A stretch of DNA of 64,000 bases from NCBI GenBank assembly GCA_963540065.1, contig CAUTNK010000011.1, positions 16,867-80,866 on the forward strand. The letters are read 5' to 3'. Shown in pieces: positions 46,852 through 56,274 of the stretch. The notes under the pieces were generated by a model. It was not told where the DNA came from and ran no database searches. It saw only the letters and a list, made by a program, of their open reading frames with translations. The DNA comes from an uncultured Bacteroidia bacterium. Lineage in GTDB: Bacteria > Bacteroidota > Bacteroidia > Bacteroidales > CAJPTX01. Both the position numbers and the translations under genes were made by a program. Every line of letters starts with the position of its first letter. Position 1 is the stretch's first letter.

Positions 46852-47109
46852 CGGTTTTTGTCGAGACTTATTTTCTGTATCACTTTATCTGTTCGATACT
46901 ATCATACAATTACTAAAATAAATTCCGACTGTATGTATTAAAAACCTCCTCCCTTACAGGGAGTAACCTACAAGGGGAGTGTAACATACATCAACAAAAG
47001 ATATCAAAACCACTGCACCCAGTTAGCCAACCGTTCATGGCTCAGCTGTGCAATAATCTCAACATACAGAAAAGAAGCCTGTAGCTTTTCGTTACCTTCG
47101 TAGTAGTAA

Positions 47110-48471
47110 ATGGAAAGAGACTTGCAATACGAAAAAACACAAGAAGCGCAGCTTGCTCGCGATCTGATCCTACATACCCATTACAATTTATTTTTGACCG
47201 GACGCGCTGGAACCGGGAAGACCACGTTTTTGCAACAGTTGTGTCGGGAGTTGCGCAAGTCGTATGTTATTGTGGCACCGACCGGGATTGCAGCACTCAA
47301 TGCCAATGGAGTAACCCTACACTCGCTATTCCAACTACCACGAGATCCGTACATTCCTGCAAAAGATTTCGCCGAACCTAACAAACAGCTCCGAAAAATT
47401 TCGAAAAAAGACAAGCTAAAGTTGTTAGAAAATCTCGACCTTATTATCATAGATGAGGTAAGTATGGTTCGTGCCGATCTCTTGCAAGCATTAAATGATC
47501 GCCTCTGCCAAGTAAAAAAGACAAACACACCGTTTGCCGGAGTACAACTCTTGCTCATTGGCGATCTGTATCAGCTGCCACCCGTAACAAGCTCCGACTG
47601 GGCACTTATCGCACCCTACTACCGCACACCGTTCTTCTTCTCGTCGCCGGCATTCAAAAAAAGCGAATTCTATTTTCTCGAATTGCAAAAAATCTATCGG
47701 CAGAGCGACCTAGAGTTCATAAATATCCTCGAAAGCATACGTACCGGATCTAATGCGCTACACGAGCACTTAGCACAACTTAACCAACGAGTCGCGCCGG
47801 CACAGGATACCATCCCCCAAGGGCAAATTATACTTACCGCACTCCGTCGGCAAAGTGCATACTACAATCAACAATGTCTGGACGCTCTCGAAAGCGAAGA
47901 GTATGTCTACGAAGCAGCTACCACCGGAACTTATGACGAAAAAGACGCCCCCACCGAGAGTAAACTTGCCCTAAAGGTAGGTGCGCAGGTAATGTTTGTA
48001 CGTAACGAAACTGAGGAAAACCGCTATACGAATGGTGAGCTGGGCATTGTGACATCATTGGAAGAGAACGAAATCCGCATTGCAAAACTAGAAGGAGGTA
48101 TGCCTATTACACTTAAAAGAATACGTTGGGAAAAGATAGAATATCGCTTCGACGAGAAGAGACAAGAACTCGTTAAAAAGGTCGTAGGTACCTTCACGCA
48201 ATATCCTATCCGTTTGGCATGGGCGATAACCATCCATAAGAGTCAAGGACTGACCTTCGAGAATGTTCGTATTGACACCACTCGGATCTTTACCTCTGGT
48301 CAGCTATACGTAGCGCTAAGCCGCTGCCGTACGCTTGAAGGAATCGAACTCAGTGATCCGATCCCCCTTTCTGCAGTTCGCATAGACAATACCATTCAGC
48401 TTTTCCTAGATTACTGCCGTACCCATATGAAAAAGCCCGAAAAATTGCCGCCAACCCATTTCTTCTTGTAA
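47110..48471 (+). CDS. PIF1/RecD-like ATP-dependent DNA helicase
   Basis: Walker A (LFLTGRAGTGKTTF), Walker B (LIIIDEVSMV), Pif1-type motifs (LLLIGDLYQLPPV) and a C-terminal ITIHKSQGLTF...GQLYVALSRCR segment. Confidence 0.8.
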   Translation: MERDLQYEKTQEAQLARDLILHTHYNLFLTGRAGTGKTTFLQQLCRELRKSYVIVAPTGIAALNANGVTLHSLFQLPRDPYIPAKDFAEPNKQLRKISKKDKLKLLENLDLIIIDEVSMVRADLLQALNDRLCQVKKTNTPFAGVQLLLIGDLYQLPPVTSSDWALIAPYYRTPFFFSSPAFKKSEFYFLELQKIYRQSDLEFINILESIRTGSNALHEHLAQLNQRVAPAQDTIPQGQIILTALRRQSAYYNQQCLDALESEEYVYEAATTGTYDEKDAPTESKLALKVGAQVMFVRNETEENRYTNGELGIVTSLEENEIRIAKLEGGMPITLKRIRWEKIEYRFDEKRQELVKKVVGTFTQYPIRLAWAITIHKSQGLTFENVRIDTTRIFTSGQLYVALSRCRTLEGIELSDPIPLSAVRIDNTIQLFLDYCRTHMKKPEKLPPTHFFL

Positions 48472-48540
48472 CTTTCTTTCCTCACGTACGTCCTACCCTA
48501 AATTGGTTGGCAAATTCCCACAAAAATTGTGATTATAAGC

Positions 48541-51276
48541 ATGCAATACACTTTACGAATTGCGATATCCCTAGTCTTGCTACTTTTAGCTAGTGTCAGC
48601 TTTGCGCAAAAGGAACTAGCACATGGTGTAGTAAAAGACTCGGCGGGCAACCCGATTCCACTTGCTGTAATTCTTACTGTAAATCCGCAGGACTCCTCGG
48701 TGGTCTTTCATACAGTAACCAATACAGCGGGAGTCTTTCGTATAAAGGGCGAACACGAAGGTAAATTCTGGATACAAGCTCACCAGTTGGGTTTCCTTAC
48801 CGAATCTAAAGAGATCGAGCTCCCCCACAAAGCTGCCATTACTTTCACACTAAAAGACGACCCTAAGGAGATAGAAGCCGTACGCATAGGAGCACGTCGT
48901 GGTGGTATGACGCGTAAGGGCGACACCGTAGGCTACAACTTAAAAGCCTATGCAACGGGGATGGAAAAGACCCTTGGTGATGTACTTGCCAACCTCCCCG
49001 GAATGAAAGTCGCCCCCGACGGGAATGTAACTGTGGAAGGCAAAACCGTCAGCAAAATCCTGTTTAATGGTCGCGACTATTTTGGCAATAATATTGCTAT
49101 GGCTACCAAAAATATCGAAGCGGATGTTGCCGATACAGTACGTGTCATTAAGGGTTATAGCGAATTCAGTATCATCGACGGTTTCCAAAATAAGGACGAG
49201 ACGGTGATCGATGTCGGTGTAAAAGATAATAAGCTGAATAAAATCCGTGGCACTATAGAAGCTGGTGGTGGTTATCGGAATGCTTACAGCTTCCGCGCGC
49301 AACCCCACTATATGGGTACCAACCATATGTTTTCGGCACTTGTAGCAAGTAACAACATGGCCGACCCCACTTTTACCATTATGGATTATTTGGCTATGCA
49401 AGGCGGCTTGCAGAATCCGGAAGGCGGTTACAAGATTTCGATAAACCTAGGACATGAAATTGGAAATATCCTGAATCCGCCCTCAGATACCTATAAAATG
49501 ACCGCACATGCTGTAAACCTGTTGTACAACTATCACGAACAAGATCGGCTCAAGGTTACTGCTGCAGTGATGGGGGCCATCGCAAACAATGATACCAAAA
49601 CCGAGGTATTGCATACGTTTGTCGTAGGATCGCAAAAAGGGACTTCCTACAGAACAGGTAACACAAGTCGGAATGATGTGCAATACATGCTCGGAAATTT
49701 CGCACTTACCTACACGCCCACCAAACAGTGGATGTTCCTACTAGGCGCCAATACCGATTTTGGGAAATCGGATATCCACAACAATCACAAAGATAATTAC
49801 CAAAATAAACTCATCACAACCACGAATAACCAACAAACACGACCATTCAACTGGACAGCTAAAGGCGGGGTTTATTTCCGTCCCGGCGAGCATCTTTTCT
49901 ATATTTCGGGTAGTGTGAATTCGAAACTCGCGCGCCCTATAGACCGACTGAAAGCTTCGGATCTCATCCTCCCCCTTCGTTTACTACCCAATGCTGACGG
50001 ACGCTACCTACTGCAATTCTTAGAACGACAAAAAGAGCTAACTACCAACGAAGAAATAGGAGCACGCCTAATGCTTACCAAGCATCAGAAGCTAAAGTTC
50101 TGGGTTTCGCATAACTCTGTACAGTATTCGCGGTATGCCAACTTTGAATCCGATTCGCCAATTTCGTTACTACCGAGCTTTAATGGTTCGCTCGAGACCA
50201 ACCTACACTTCCTACAGCAACTCATAAAACTCGGCACTTCCTATGTCTTTGACAACGATTATGTTTATGCAACGCTATCCCTTGCTGGCGCCTACCTTCG
50301 CCAAGATACTCGGCAACCGCAACAGAACCGCTTGGAAGATGGCTTTTACTGGGAACCAGAACTTCGCGGTTCCTATCATATCCTGCCGGGCATGAACCTT
50401 GGTGCTCATATTTCCTCGCGGATCAAAGTACAGAGCCCTAGCACACTAGGGTATGGGATGATTATGAACTCGTATCGCTCTATCACTCAGAACCACGACT
50501 TTTCGCGCCTCTACGACCATTCCTACTCTGCTAGCGTCCATTTTAGCTACTATCCCACCGAAGAGTCGTATTCTATGTATGCCGTCTGCGATTATGATAG
50601 GACGGAGAAACCTTTTAATCGGTTAGAGCAATTCGGATTACTCAATATTTCCTCACCTTTCGGGCTCTCTAATAGTGAGATGCTCAGTGCAGGTGCGAGA
50701 GTTAGCAATCGTTTTGGAGGCATCTGGACTTTGTCACTCAAGTACGATTGGTCACGCTCACTCCGAAATATCTTGTACGGCACACAGATTAACAAAGTCT
50801 TAAACTACGAGCATGAAATAAGTTTTGAAGCACAAAGTACCTATTCGTCAATGTTCAACGTGCAAATGGAACTCGAAGGTAGTCGCAATCAGTACCTTAT
50901 TGCACAGGATCCGGCGGTCGTAGACTACGATGCCTCAGCAAGGGGCAAACTCCTCTTTGAATGGAAAGATTTCCGTACCGAACTGGGTGGCAGTTATTCG
51001 GTAAGCGCCTACAGCGACAAACGTCCCTATTTAATTGGGTTGGATGCCGAGCTAGCCTATTCTTTGGGTTATGGCTTGTCGGTAGTGCTTGCAGGACACA
51101 ATCTTCTCAACTTGCACCTTAGAGAATGGACAGATATATGGTACTCCGATCTGCTACGTTCCGAGCGCATTTACCGCTCTATACCCGGCTATGCCATCGC
51201 TAAAATTCGTTGGGAAGTTGGCAAAAAAAGCAACACGACCGACCCGGAAGTAAAAATCATGCGAAGACGGCACTAA
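48541..51276 (+). CDS. Outer-membrane beta-barrel family protein / TonB-dependent receptor-like
   Basis: Signal peptide, a carboxypeptidase-regulatory-like domain (GVVKDSAGNPIPLAVILTV), a plug-like segment (LGDVLANLPGMKVAPDGNVTVEGKTVSKILFNGRDYFG) and a barrel of about 650 aa. I place the start at the ATG at 48541; the ORF track uses the GTG at 48529. Confidence 0.6.
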   Translation: MQYTLRIAISLVLLLLASVSFAQKELAHGVVKDSAGNPIPLAVILTVNPQDSSVVFHTVTNTAGVFRIKGEHEGKFWIQAHQLGFLTESKEIELPHKAAITFTLKDDPKEIEAVRIGARRGGMTRKGDTVGYNLKAYATGMEKTLGDVLANLPGMKVAPDGNVTVEGKTVSKILFNGRDYFGNNIAMATKNIEADVADTVRVIKGYSEFSIIDGFQNKDETVIDVGVKDNKLNKIRGTIEAGGGYRNAYSFRAQPHYMGTNHMFSALVASNNMADPTFTIMDYLAMQGGLQNPEGGYKISINLGHEIGNILNPPSDTYKMTAHAVNLLYNYHEQDRLKVTAAVMGAIANNDTKTEVLHTFVVGSQKGTSYRTGNTSRNDVQYMLGNFALTYTPTKQWMFLLGANTDFGKSDIHNNHKDNYQNKLITTTNNQQTRPFNWTAKGGVYFRPGEHLFYISGSVNSKLARPIDRLKASDLILPLRLLPNADGRYLLQFLERQKELTTNEEIGARLMLTKHQKLKFWVSHNSVQYSRYANFESDSPISLLPSFNGSLETNLHFLQQLIKLGTSYVFDNDYVYATLSLAGAYLRQDTRQPQQNRLEDGFYWEPELRGSYHILPGMNLGAHISSRIKVQSPSTLGYGMIMNSYRSITQNHDFSRLYDHSYSASVHFSYYPTEESYSMYAVCDYDRTEKPFNRLEQFGLLNISSPFGLSNSEMLSAGARVSNRFGGIWTLSLKYDWSRSLRNILYGTQINKVLNYEHEISFEAQSTYSSMFNVQMELEGSRNQYLIAQDPAVVDYDASARGKLLFEWKDFRTELGGSYSVSAYSDKRPYLIGLDAELAYSLGYGLSVVLAGHNLLNLHLREWTDIWYSDLLRSERIYRSIPGYAIAKIRWEVGKKSNTTDPEVKIMRRRH

Positions 51277-51341
51277 CCAATTCTGTGCAATACCAAACGA
51301 ACGCAACGGATTGCTAACAGTTGCATACGTGATTGTGCTCT

Positions 51342-51737
51342 CTACAGTGCCGTAGAATTTTGAATAAGCACTTGTGTGATGTGTCTCTTTTCACTTGTAG
51401 TTTTCATAAAGACACTAACCCGGAACGTCATCTGATCTTTCGAGGTATAAGTTCCAATAAAAAAAGACGTATCCGAACGATTTTTGTGATGCGCGATCGA
51501 AAAGTTCTTTGGCGGATGCTCTGTAAAAAACTTCCCCAATAGGACCTCTGCCTGCGATCGCCCATAAACATTTTCGGTATCTAGAATCCGGAGGTCGAGG
51601 GTAGCGCCTAAATAGGGGGTTAGTTTGCTGATATCGCCTTGCAAAAAAGCTCGTTCTACGTCTCCCTCAACTTGTGCCATAACCCAGCACGGAAAGAGAA
51701 ACAAGAAGGGGAATAGAAGTCGTAATAAAGCCTTCAT
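51342..51737 (-). CDS. DUF4783-like secreted protein
   Basis: 131 aa with a signal peptide. Family-like segments: AFLQGDISKLTPYLGATLDLRIL and YGRSQAEVLLGKFFTEHPPKNF. Confidence 0.5.
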   Translation of the reverse strand: MKALLRLLFPFLFLFPCWVMAQVEGDVERAFLQGDISKLTPYLGATLDLRILDTENVYGRSQAEVLLGKFFTEHPPKNFSIAHHKNRSDTSFFIGTYTSKDQMTFRVSVFMKTTSEKRHITQVLIQNSTAL

Positions 51738-51772
51738 TTCTAATCTATTCTGCTTATATTAGGTTTCTGTTG

Positions 51773-51780
51773 CAAAGATA
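51773..51780 (-). promoter_or_regulatory. -7 promoter box (TATCTTTG) for the DUF4783-like gene
   Basis: The minus strand reads TATCTTTG, ending 35 nt upstream of the ATG at 51737. Confidence 0.45.
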
Positions 51781-51830
51781 GGCAATGCATCTCAACCGTA
51801 CCTTGCGCATTTGAAACGAATCTTTAAACA

Positions 51831-53087
51831 CTAAAGACACGTAGCCGTTGCTATAAGTTGCCAATAGCGCGTCCCTGGGGCATGGTAGTAGAGCAATGCA
51901 TAATACTCGTTGGCAGTCTCGGCACTATTTCCTTCTACAACATTCGTACCCCAACGGTAGCGATAATTATAAACCCCTTGCTTGAGATAGATACTAGTCT
52001 CATAAGCATCGCGCTCTGCATGATAGAGCATCGGTTGGGTTCTATCGTGTAGTTCCAGAGTAATATCAAAGCCTTCGGGACCCTCGAGCGTGAAATACAC
52101 CCACGCATATTCCGATTCTAACGGACGTGCCCGTTCACGCTCCACAGCCAAACGATCGCTATTGTAGCCTATCACCGACCAGCCGTATAAATCCTTTTCC
52201 GTTGGAGCATGATCGAGTGTACGTCCAGGCAAAGTAAATCGATCGGGAAGTACTTCTACGTGATACGCATTTTCGCGATAGGTTATGGTTCGTACGCCGC
52301 GCCCCGGTACACGCAATGATTGTAGGTCGAGTACATGCCACGGTACTCCTGCAGCAAAGCGCCCTGTATCGGTACGACCGTAGAGTAACACCGTAGGGGA
52401 TAACCATTTCTCAAAGGGCAATTCCTGCACAGAGGTATGTTGCCAACCCTGTTGAACGAATAGACGCAAATCGCGAGTATCGAGGAGTTGCCCCATTTTC
52501 TGTACATCCACCTGTGCACGTATCTGTTGGTGCGAGAGCCGATAGATGCCCAGCGCATCGATACGTTCGAGCGATAACCTACAACGTTCGTCGTAAATAG
52601 CAAATTGCCGCTGAAAGAGTAACCGATTGGTATGATAAGCATCAAAAACTTGCACGATATAGTTTCCCGAAATGCGGAACTGCACATCTGAGTTAGGTAA
52701 CGATAACTCGTAATGCTGAAACACTTGTACCGTGCCTTGCGAGGTTGTAGGCGTGGGGAAGGTATTCTCTTCAAAACCCTTGAGGTAGTCTCCTGTAAAT
52801 AGATCCGATGCCTGCCAATCCGGATCGCAATGCACAATACGATACATAGGACTGATAGGCTCATCTTCTAAGTAATCGAACAAAAGCCGCAAATGCTCAT
52901 CCTTGTGTAATGGGAGCAGTGGTGGGGTATTTTGTCTATTCGCTCTCGACCATACCACAGAATGTATTCCCGAATGCGCAATACTGTCTTTGTACTGCGC
53001 ATTCGGCGGCGTAAGGAACGATGCGTCCACTTGAGTATAAAACAGCGTTAGAAGGCAAGCAAACGCTATATAACGCCAATTTTTCAT
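51831..53087 (-). CDS. Secreted DUF5103-like protein (possible T9SS plug-protein family)
   Basis: 418 aa with a signal peptide. Beta-rich, and the size plus the YRIVHCDPDWQASDL segment recall the Bacteroidota DUF5103 family. This assignment is from memory and was not verified. Confidence 0.35.
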   Translation of the reverse strand: MKNWRYIAFACLLTLFYTQVDASFLTPPNAQYKDSIAHSGIHSVVWSRANRQNTPPLLPLHKDEHLRLLFDYLEDEPISPMYRIVHCDPDWQASDLFTGDYLKGFEENTFPTPTTSQGTVQVFQHYELSLPNSDVQFRISGNYIVQVFDAYHTNRLLFQRQFAIYDERCRLSLERIDALGIYRLSHQQIRAQVDVQKMGQLLDTRDLRLFVQQGWQHTSVQELPFEKWLSPTVLLYGRTDTGRFAAGVPWHVLDLQSLRVPGRGVRTITYRENAYHVEVLPDRFTLPGRTLDHAPTEKDLYGWSVIGYNSDRLAVERERARPLESEYAWVYFTLEGPEGFDITLELHDRTQPMLYHAERDAYETSIYLKQGVYNYRYRWGTNVVEGNSAETANEYYALLYYHAPGTRYWQLIATATCL

Positions 53088-54307
53088 AGAATTATCTCTT
53101 CCAGTTGTGATACTAATTGAGGCAGCGAACCATCAAAATCGGTATAAAGCAGGTATTTTGCGCGGATTTGCTTAAAAGCTGCCAAATCGTTTTGCCACAT
53201 AGCACGAATCGCATCCTCCGAGTCGTCTCTTTCGATGGCGCTACGAAGCATTGTACCACCCGCCAATTGCGTAAAGAACTTTTGAAAAAATTTCCCTCCA
53301 CACGCCTTATACATCTCCTTGAGATACGACAAACGAATACGTGCGGAACGATACAGCGAGTCCGTCGAAACATTGCGAAGATCCAAGCCATAGCAACGTT
53401 TGTGTATATGTGGCGGATGCTTAGCACCTTGACGCGATTTCGGAATGAAAAAAAAGCCTTGTTTACGATTCTGCGGACTCCCCACAACTTCGAACGGAGT
53501 CTCCGTACCACGCCCTACACTCTGGTTAGTTCCTTCAAAAAATGCTAACGACGGATACAACAAAATAGCTCGCAAGGTAGGTAGATTGGGCGATGGCGGC
53601 ACTGGTGGTTCATAGCGCGTAGTGTGAGTATAATACTCACAACGCACTATACTCAATTTCGGTATAAGAGAATCCTTGAGCCAACCCTCGCTGCGAATCA
53701 TACGAGCATACTCCCCTACCGTCATCCCATGTACCCACGGCACAGGATGCATACCTACAAAAGAACGGTAACGCATAAATAAGGTCGGACCATCGACAAA
53801 ATGACCGTTAGGGTTGGGACGATCCAAAACTATCAGCTCGCAACCCGTTTGTGCACAAGCCTCCATAACGTAATGAAGGGTAGATAGATAGGTATAGCAG
53901 CGCACGCCGACGTCCTGCAAATCGAAGAGAAGAACATCTAAATCCTGCAGCTTTTCCTTGGGGGGACGTTTCTGCGCACCGTACAAACTCACAACCTCGG
54001 GTAGTTCTCGCTTTGCTTTCTGATTGCGCACGTGTTCTCCGGCATCGGCAATACCTTCCAGACCGTGTTCTGGGGTAAAGAGCCGCACTAATGTAATGCC
54101 TCGTTTTTGCAATGTATCCCAAAGTTGACGCTCGCCAACCCGCGAAGTATGATTGCATACCAACCCTACGCGTCGCCCCACTAAAAATGGTTCGTACGCC
54201 TCAAAACGTGCAGCTCCGACAAGCACCGGTGCAGCAAAAACCTGAACGACCAAACAAGAGAAAAGAAATAGGAGAAGCCCGCACCTCAATCTGTTCAAGC
54301 TACCCAT
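53084..54307 (-). CDS. DUF1343-family protein (NamZ-like exo-beta-N-acetylmuramidase)
   Basis: Signal peptide from the internal ATG (MGSLNRLRCGLLLFLFSCLVVQVFA). DUF1343 motifs are present (VGLVCNHTSRVGERQLWDTL, LFTPEHGL, VLLFDLQDVGVRCYTY). Its stop overlaps the next gene's start as ATGA. Confidence 0.75.
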   Translation of the reverse strand: MGSLNRLRCGLLLFLFSCLVVQVFAAPVLVGAARFEAYEPFLVGRRVGLVCNHTSRVGERQLWDTLQKRGITLVRLFTPEHGLEGIADAGEHVRNQKAKRELPEVVSLYGAQKRPPKEKLQDLDVLLFDLQDVGVRCYTYLSTLHYVMEACAQTGCELIVLDRPNPNGHFVDGPTLFMRYRSFVGMHPVPWVHGMTVGEYARMIRSEGWLKDSLIPKLSIVRCEYYTHTTRYEPPVPPSPNLPTLRAILLYPSLAFFEGTNQSVGRGTETPFEVVGSPQNRKQGFFFIPKSRQGAKHPPHIHKRCYGLDLRNVSTDSLYRSARIRLSYLKEMYKACGGKFFQKFFTQLAGGTMLRSAIERDDSEDAIRAMWQNDLAAFKQIRAKYLLYTDFDGSLPQLVSQLEEIIL

Positions 54308-54323
54308 CTGTATAGTGCGAGCC

Positions 54324-55529
54324 TTATTCACTAGGCGGATTAGGGCAATAGTGGTCGACGTCCTTTTTCGTGATTTCGCCATCCGTCATAATCAGGAGCC
54401 GCTCTACAATGTTGTGTAACTCCCGAACATTGCCAGTCCACCTTTTTTTGCAAAGCTCGTTGATAGCTTCTTTCGAAAATTTTCGCTTTGCAACCCCGTG
54501 CTGACTACACAACACGTCTGTAAATCTATCAATCAGCAGGGGGATATCTTCGGTTCTCTCACGCAGTGGCGGGACGTGGATGAGGATAACACTCAGTCGG
54601 TGATACAGATCCTCACGGAACCTGCCATTCTTAATTTCGTTTCGTAGATCCTTATTAGTAGCGGCAATCACACGCGGATTGACTTCTATTTCTTTATCCC
54701 CACCCACACGTGTAATCCGTTGCTCTTGCAAGGCACGTAGTACTTTAGCTTGTGCGTCTAAGCTCATATCTCCTATCTCGTCGAGAAAGAGTGTGCCGTC
54801 GCATGCCAATTCGAACTTCCCTTTACGTTGCTTAATAGCCGATGTAAAGGCACCTTTTTCGTGCCCGAAGAGCTCGCTTTCTATAAGTTCGCTGGGGATA
54901 GCCGCACAATTAACCTCTACAAACGGTCCGTTAGCAAGCAAACTCGCCTGATGTATACCTCTAGCTACCAATTCCTTTCCCGTACCGTTTTCGCCAGTGA
55001 TAAGCACTCGAGCGGATGTTGTGGCTACTCTTTGGATCATGGAGCGCACATCGTTGATGGCATTCGACGCACCCACAATCTCGAAACTCTTCAGCACACT
55101 CTGACGGAGGCGTTTGGTTTCGGCAACCAACGAACTTCTATCTAGAGCATTCCTGAGGGAAACAAGGAGGCGATTCAGGTCGAGTGGTTTCTGTATGTAG
55201 TCATAGGCGCCTTTCCGCAGGGCTTCGACTGCAGTATCGATGGTACCGTGCCCCGACACCATAATAACCGGGATGTCGGGCGCCACTTCGCGCATTGCTG
55301 CTAGGAGCTCGATGCCATCCATACCCTGCATCTTCACGTCGCAAAGCACGACGTCGCAGGTATTGTTTTGAAAGATTTCGAGTGCCTCCTTTCCGTTAGC
55401 AGCTGTTTCGACGGAATAGGATTCTGTTTCTAATATATTTTTGAGTGTATCGCGGATGGCTGTCTCGTCATCCACCACAAGCACTCGCGCAATAGGCGTA
55501 GTGTTGGAAAGCTTCTTAGAGTCTCTCAT
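54324..55529 (-). CDS. Sigma-54-dependent response regulator (receiver + AAA+), lacking a C-terminal DNA-binding domain
   Basis: Receiver domain (VLVVDDE...VVLCDVKMQGMDG). AAA+ domain with Walker A (GENGTGKE), the sigma-54 contact loop as GAFTSA, Walker B (LFLDEIG) and sensor II (GNVRELHN). Only about 28 aa follow sensor II, which leaves no room for a Fis-type HTH. Confidence 0.8.
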   Translation of the reverse strand: MRDSKKLSNTTPIARVLVVDDETAIRDTLKNILETESYSVETAANGKEALEIFQNNTCDVVLCDVKMQGMDGIELLAAMREVAPDIPVIMVSGHGTIDTAVEALRKGAYDYIQKPLDLNRLLVSLRNALDRSSLVAETKRLRQSVLKSFEIVGASNAINDVRSMIQRVATTSARVLITGENGTGKELVARGIHQASLLANGPFVEVNCAAIPSELIESELFGHEKGAFTSAIKQRKGKFELACDGTLFLDEIGDMSLDAQAKVLRALQEQRITRVGGDKEIEVNPRVIAATNKDLRNEIKNGRFREDLYHRLSVILIHVPPLRERTEDIPLLIDRFTDVLCSQHGVAKRKFSKEAINELCKKRWTGNVRELHNIVERLLIMTDGEITKKDVDHYCPNPPSE

Positions 55530-56113
55530 CAGCCGCCACTAGACATTCTTCGCTGCTCTTGTTCTATAATTTTACGTTCGCGTTCCTCGTTTTTCTTCTG
55601 GACTTCTCGTTCGAGTTTCTTAGCTTTCTTGAGGTATTCTTTGGCTCGTTCGAGCTTTTTCTTGCCTCTTTCCTGCATTTTTTCGCCACGTTTCTTGCTT
55701 CTTTCCGCGGCTTTCAGCTCTTTTTTTACGCTATTGACCTCTTCTCGATACCTGTTTTTTAGTTCCCGAGCTTGCGCTCTGGCCTGCGAACGTTCGGCTT
55801 TGTCTTTAGACGACATTTGCTTGTTGAGGGAGCTCATCTCTCGTTCGTGCTCGCGGAGTATCCGTTTCAGATTTTTTGCATGATCTCTCGATTCGGTAGC
55901 TCCTTGCTTAGCCATACTCTTCCCGTCAGAGACGAGTTGTTTGGCATCTTCAATACGTTTTTCGCCCTCTGCAACGCGTTCGGAGGCACGTGCCAATCGT
56001 TCTTCGGGGGTTAGCGTAGTGGTAGTCGGTTGAGCATACAACGATATAGGAAATACCGTAGCAATCAGCGCTATAAAACAATAGAGAATATAATAGCCTC
56101 TTCGCGTCGTCAT
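55529..56113 (-). CDS. Membrane-anchored, Lys/Glu/Arg-rich coiled-coil protein (hypothetical)
   Basis: N-terminal hydrophobic segment (YYILYCFIALIATVFPISLYAQ), then about 150 aa of highly charged heptad-like sequence. Its stop overlaps the start of the sigma-54 activator gene as TGATG. I place the start at the ATG at 56113; the ORF track uses the TTG at 56125. Confidence 0.5.
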   Translation of the reverse strand: MTTRRGYYILYCFIALIATVFPISLYAQPTTTTLTPEERLARASERVAEGEKRIEDAKQLVSDGKSMAKQGATESRDHAKNLKRILREHEREMSSLNKQMSSKDKAERSQARAQARELKNRYREEVNSVKKELKAAERSKKRGEKMQERGKKKLERAKEYLKKAKKLEREVQKKNEERERKIIEQEQRRMSSGG

Positions 56114-56274
56114 TCCGTATTGCAACTTGCTATCGTAAATCAGCCTCGTTTCCTTTATCAGACGATACCACCTTGCAGTTGTAAAAATACTACGTTTTTT
56201 CTAAATAGATATACGATCTCCGGATAGAGAAATGTTCGCAATACGTCCTAAAAGTGTAAAAATAGTTGCAGATG

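Noticed and set aside
46809-46883. N-terminal extension of the SusC-like ORF (GTG start at 46883).
   Set aside because: The extension contains the predicted -7 promoter box (46844..46851). The internal ATG at 46808 is followed directly by a canonical signal peptide.
52283-53548. ORFs of 193 aa, 132 aa and 143 aa overlapping the DUF5103-like and NamZ-like genes.
   Set aside because: They are out-of-frame or antisense to longer ORFs that carry recognisable motifs, and their composition (Arg/Cys/Ser-rich) is not protein-like.
55559-56014. Three plus-strand ORFs of 67-84 aa rich in Phe/Leu/Ser.
   Set aside because: They are antisense shadows of the K/E/R-rich coiled-coil gene, because AAG/GAA-rich codons read as TTC/CTT on the other strand.
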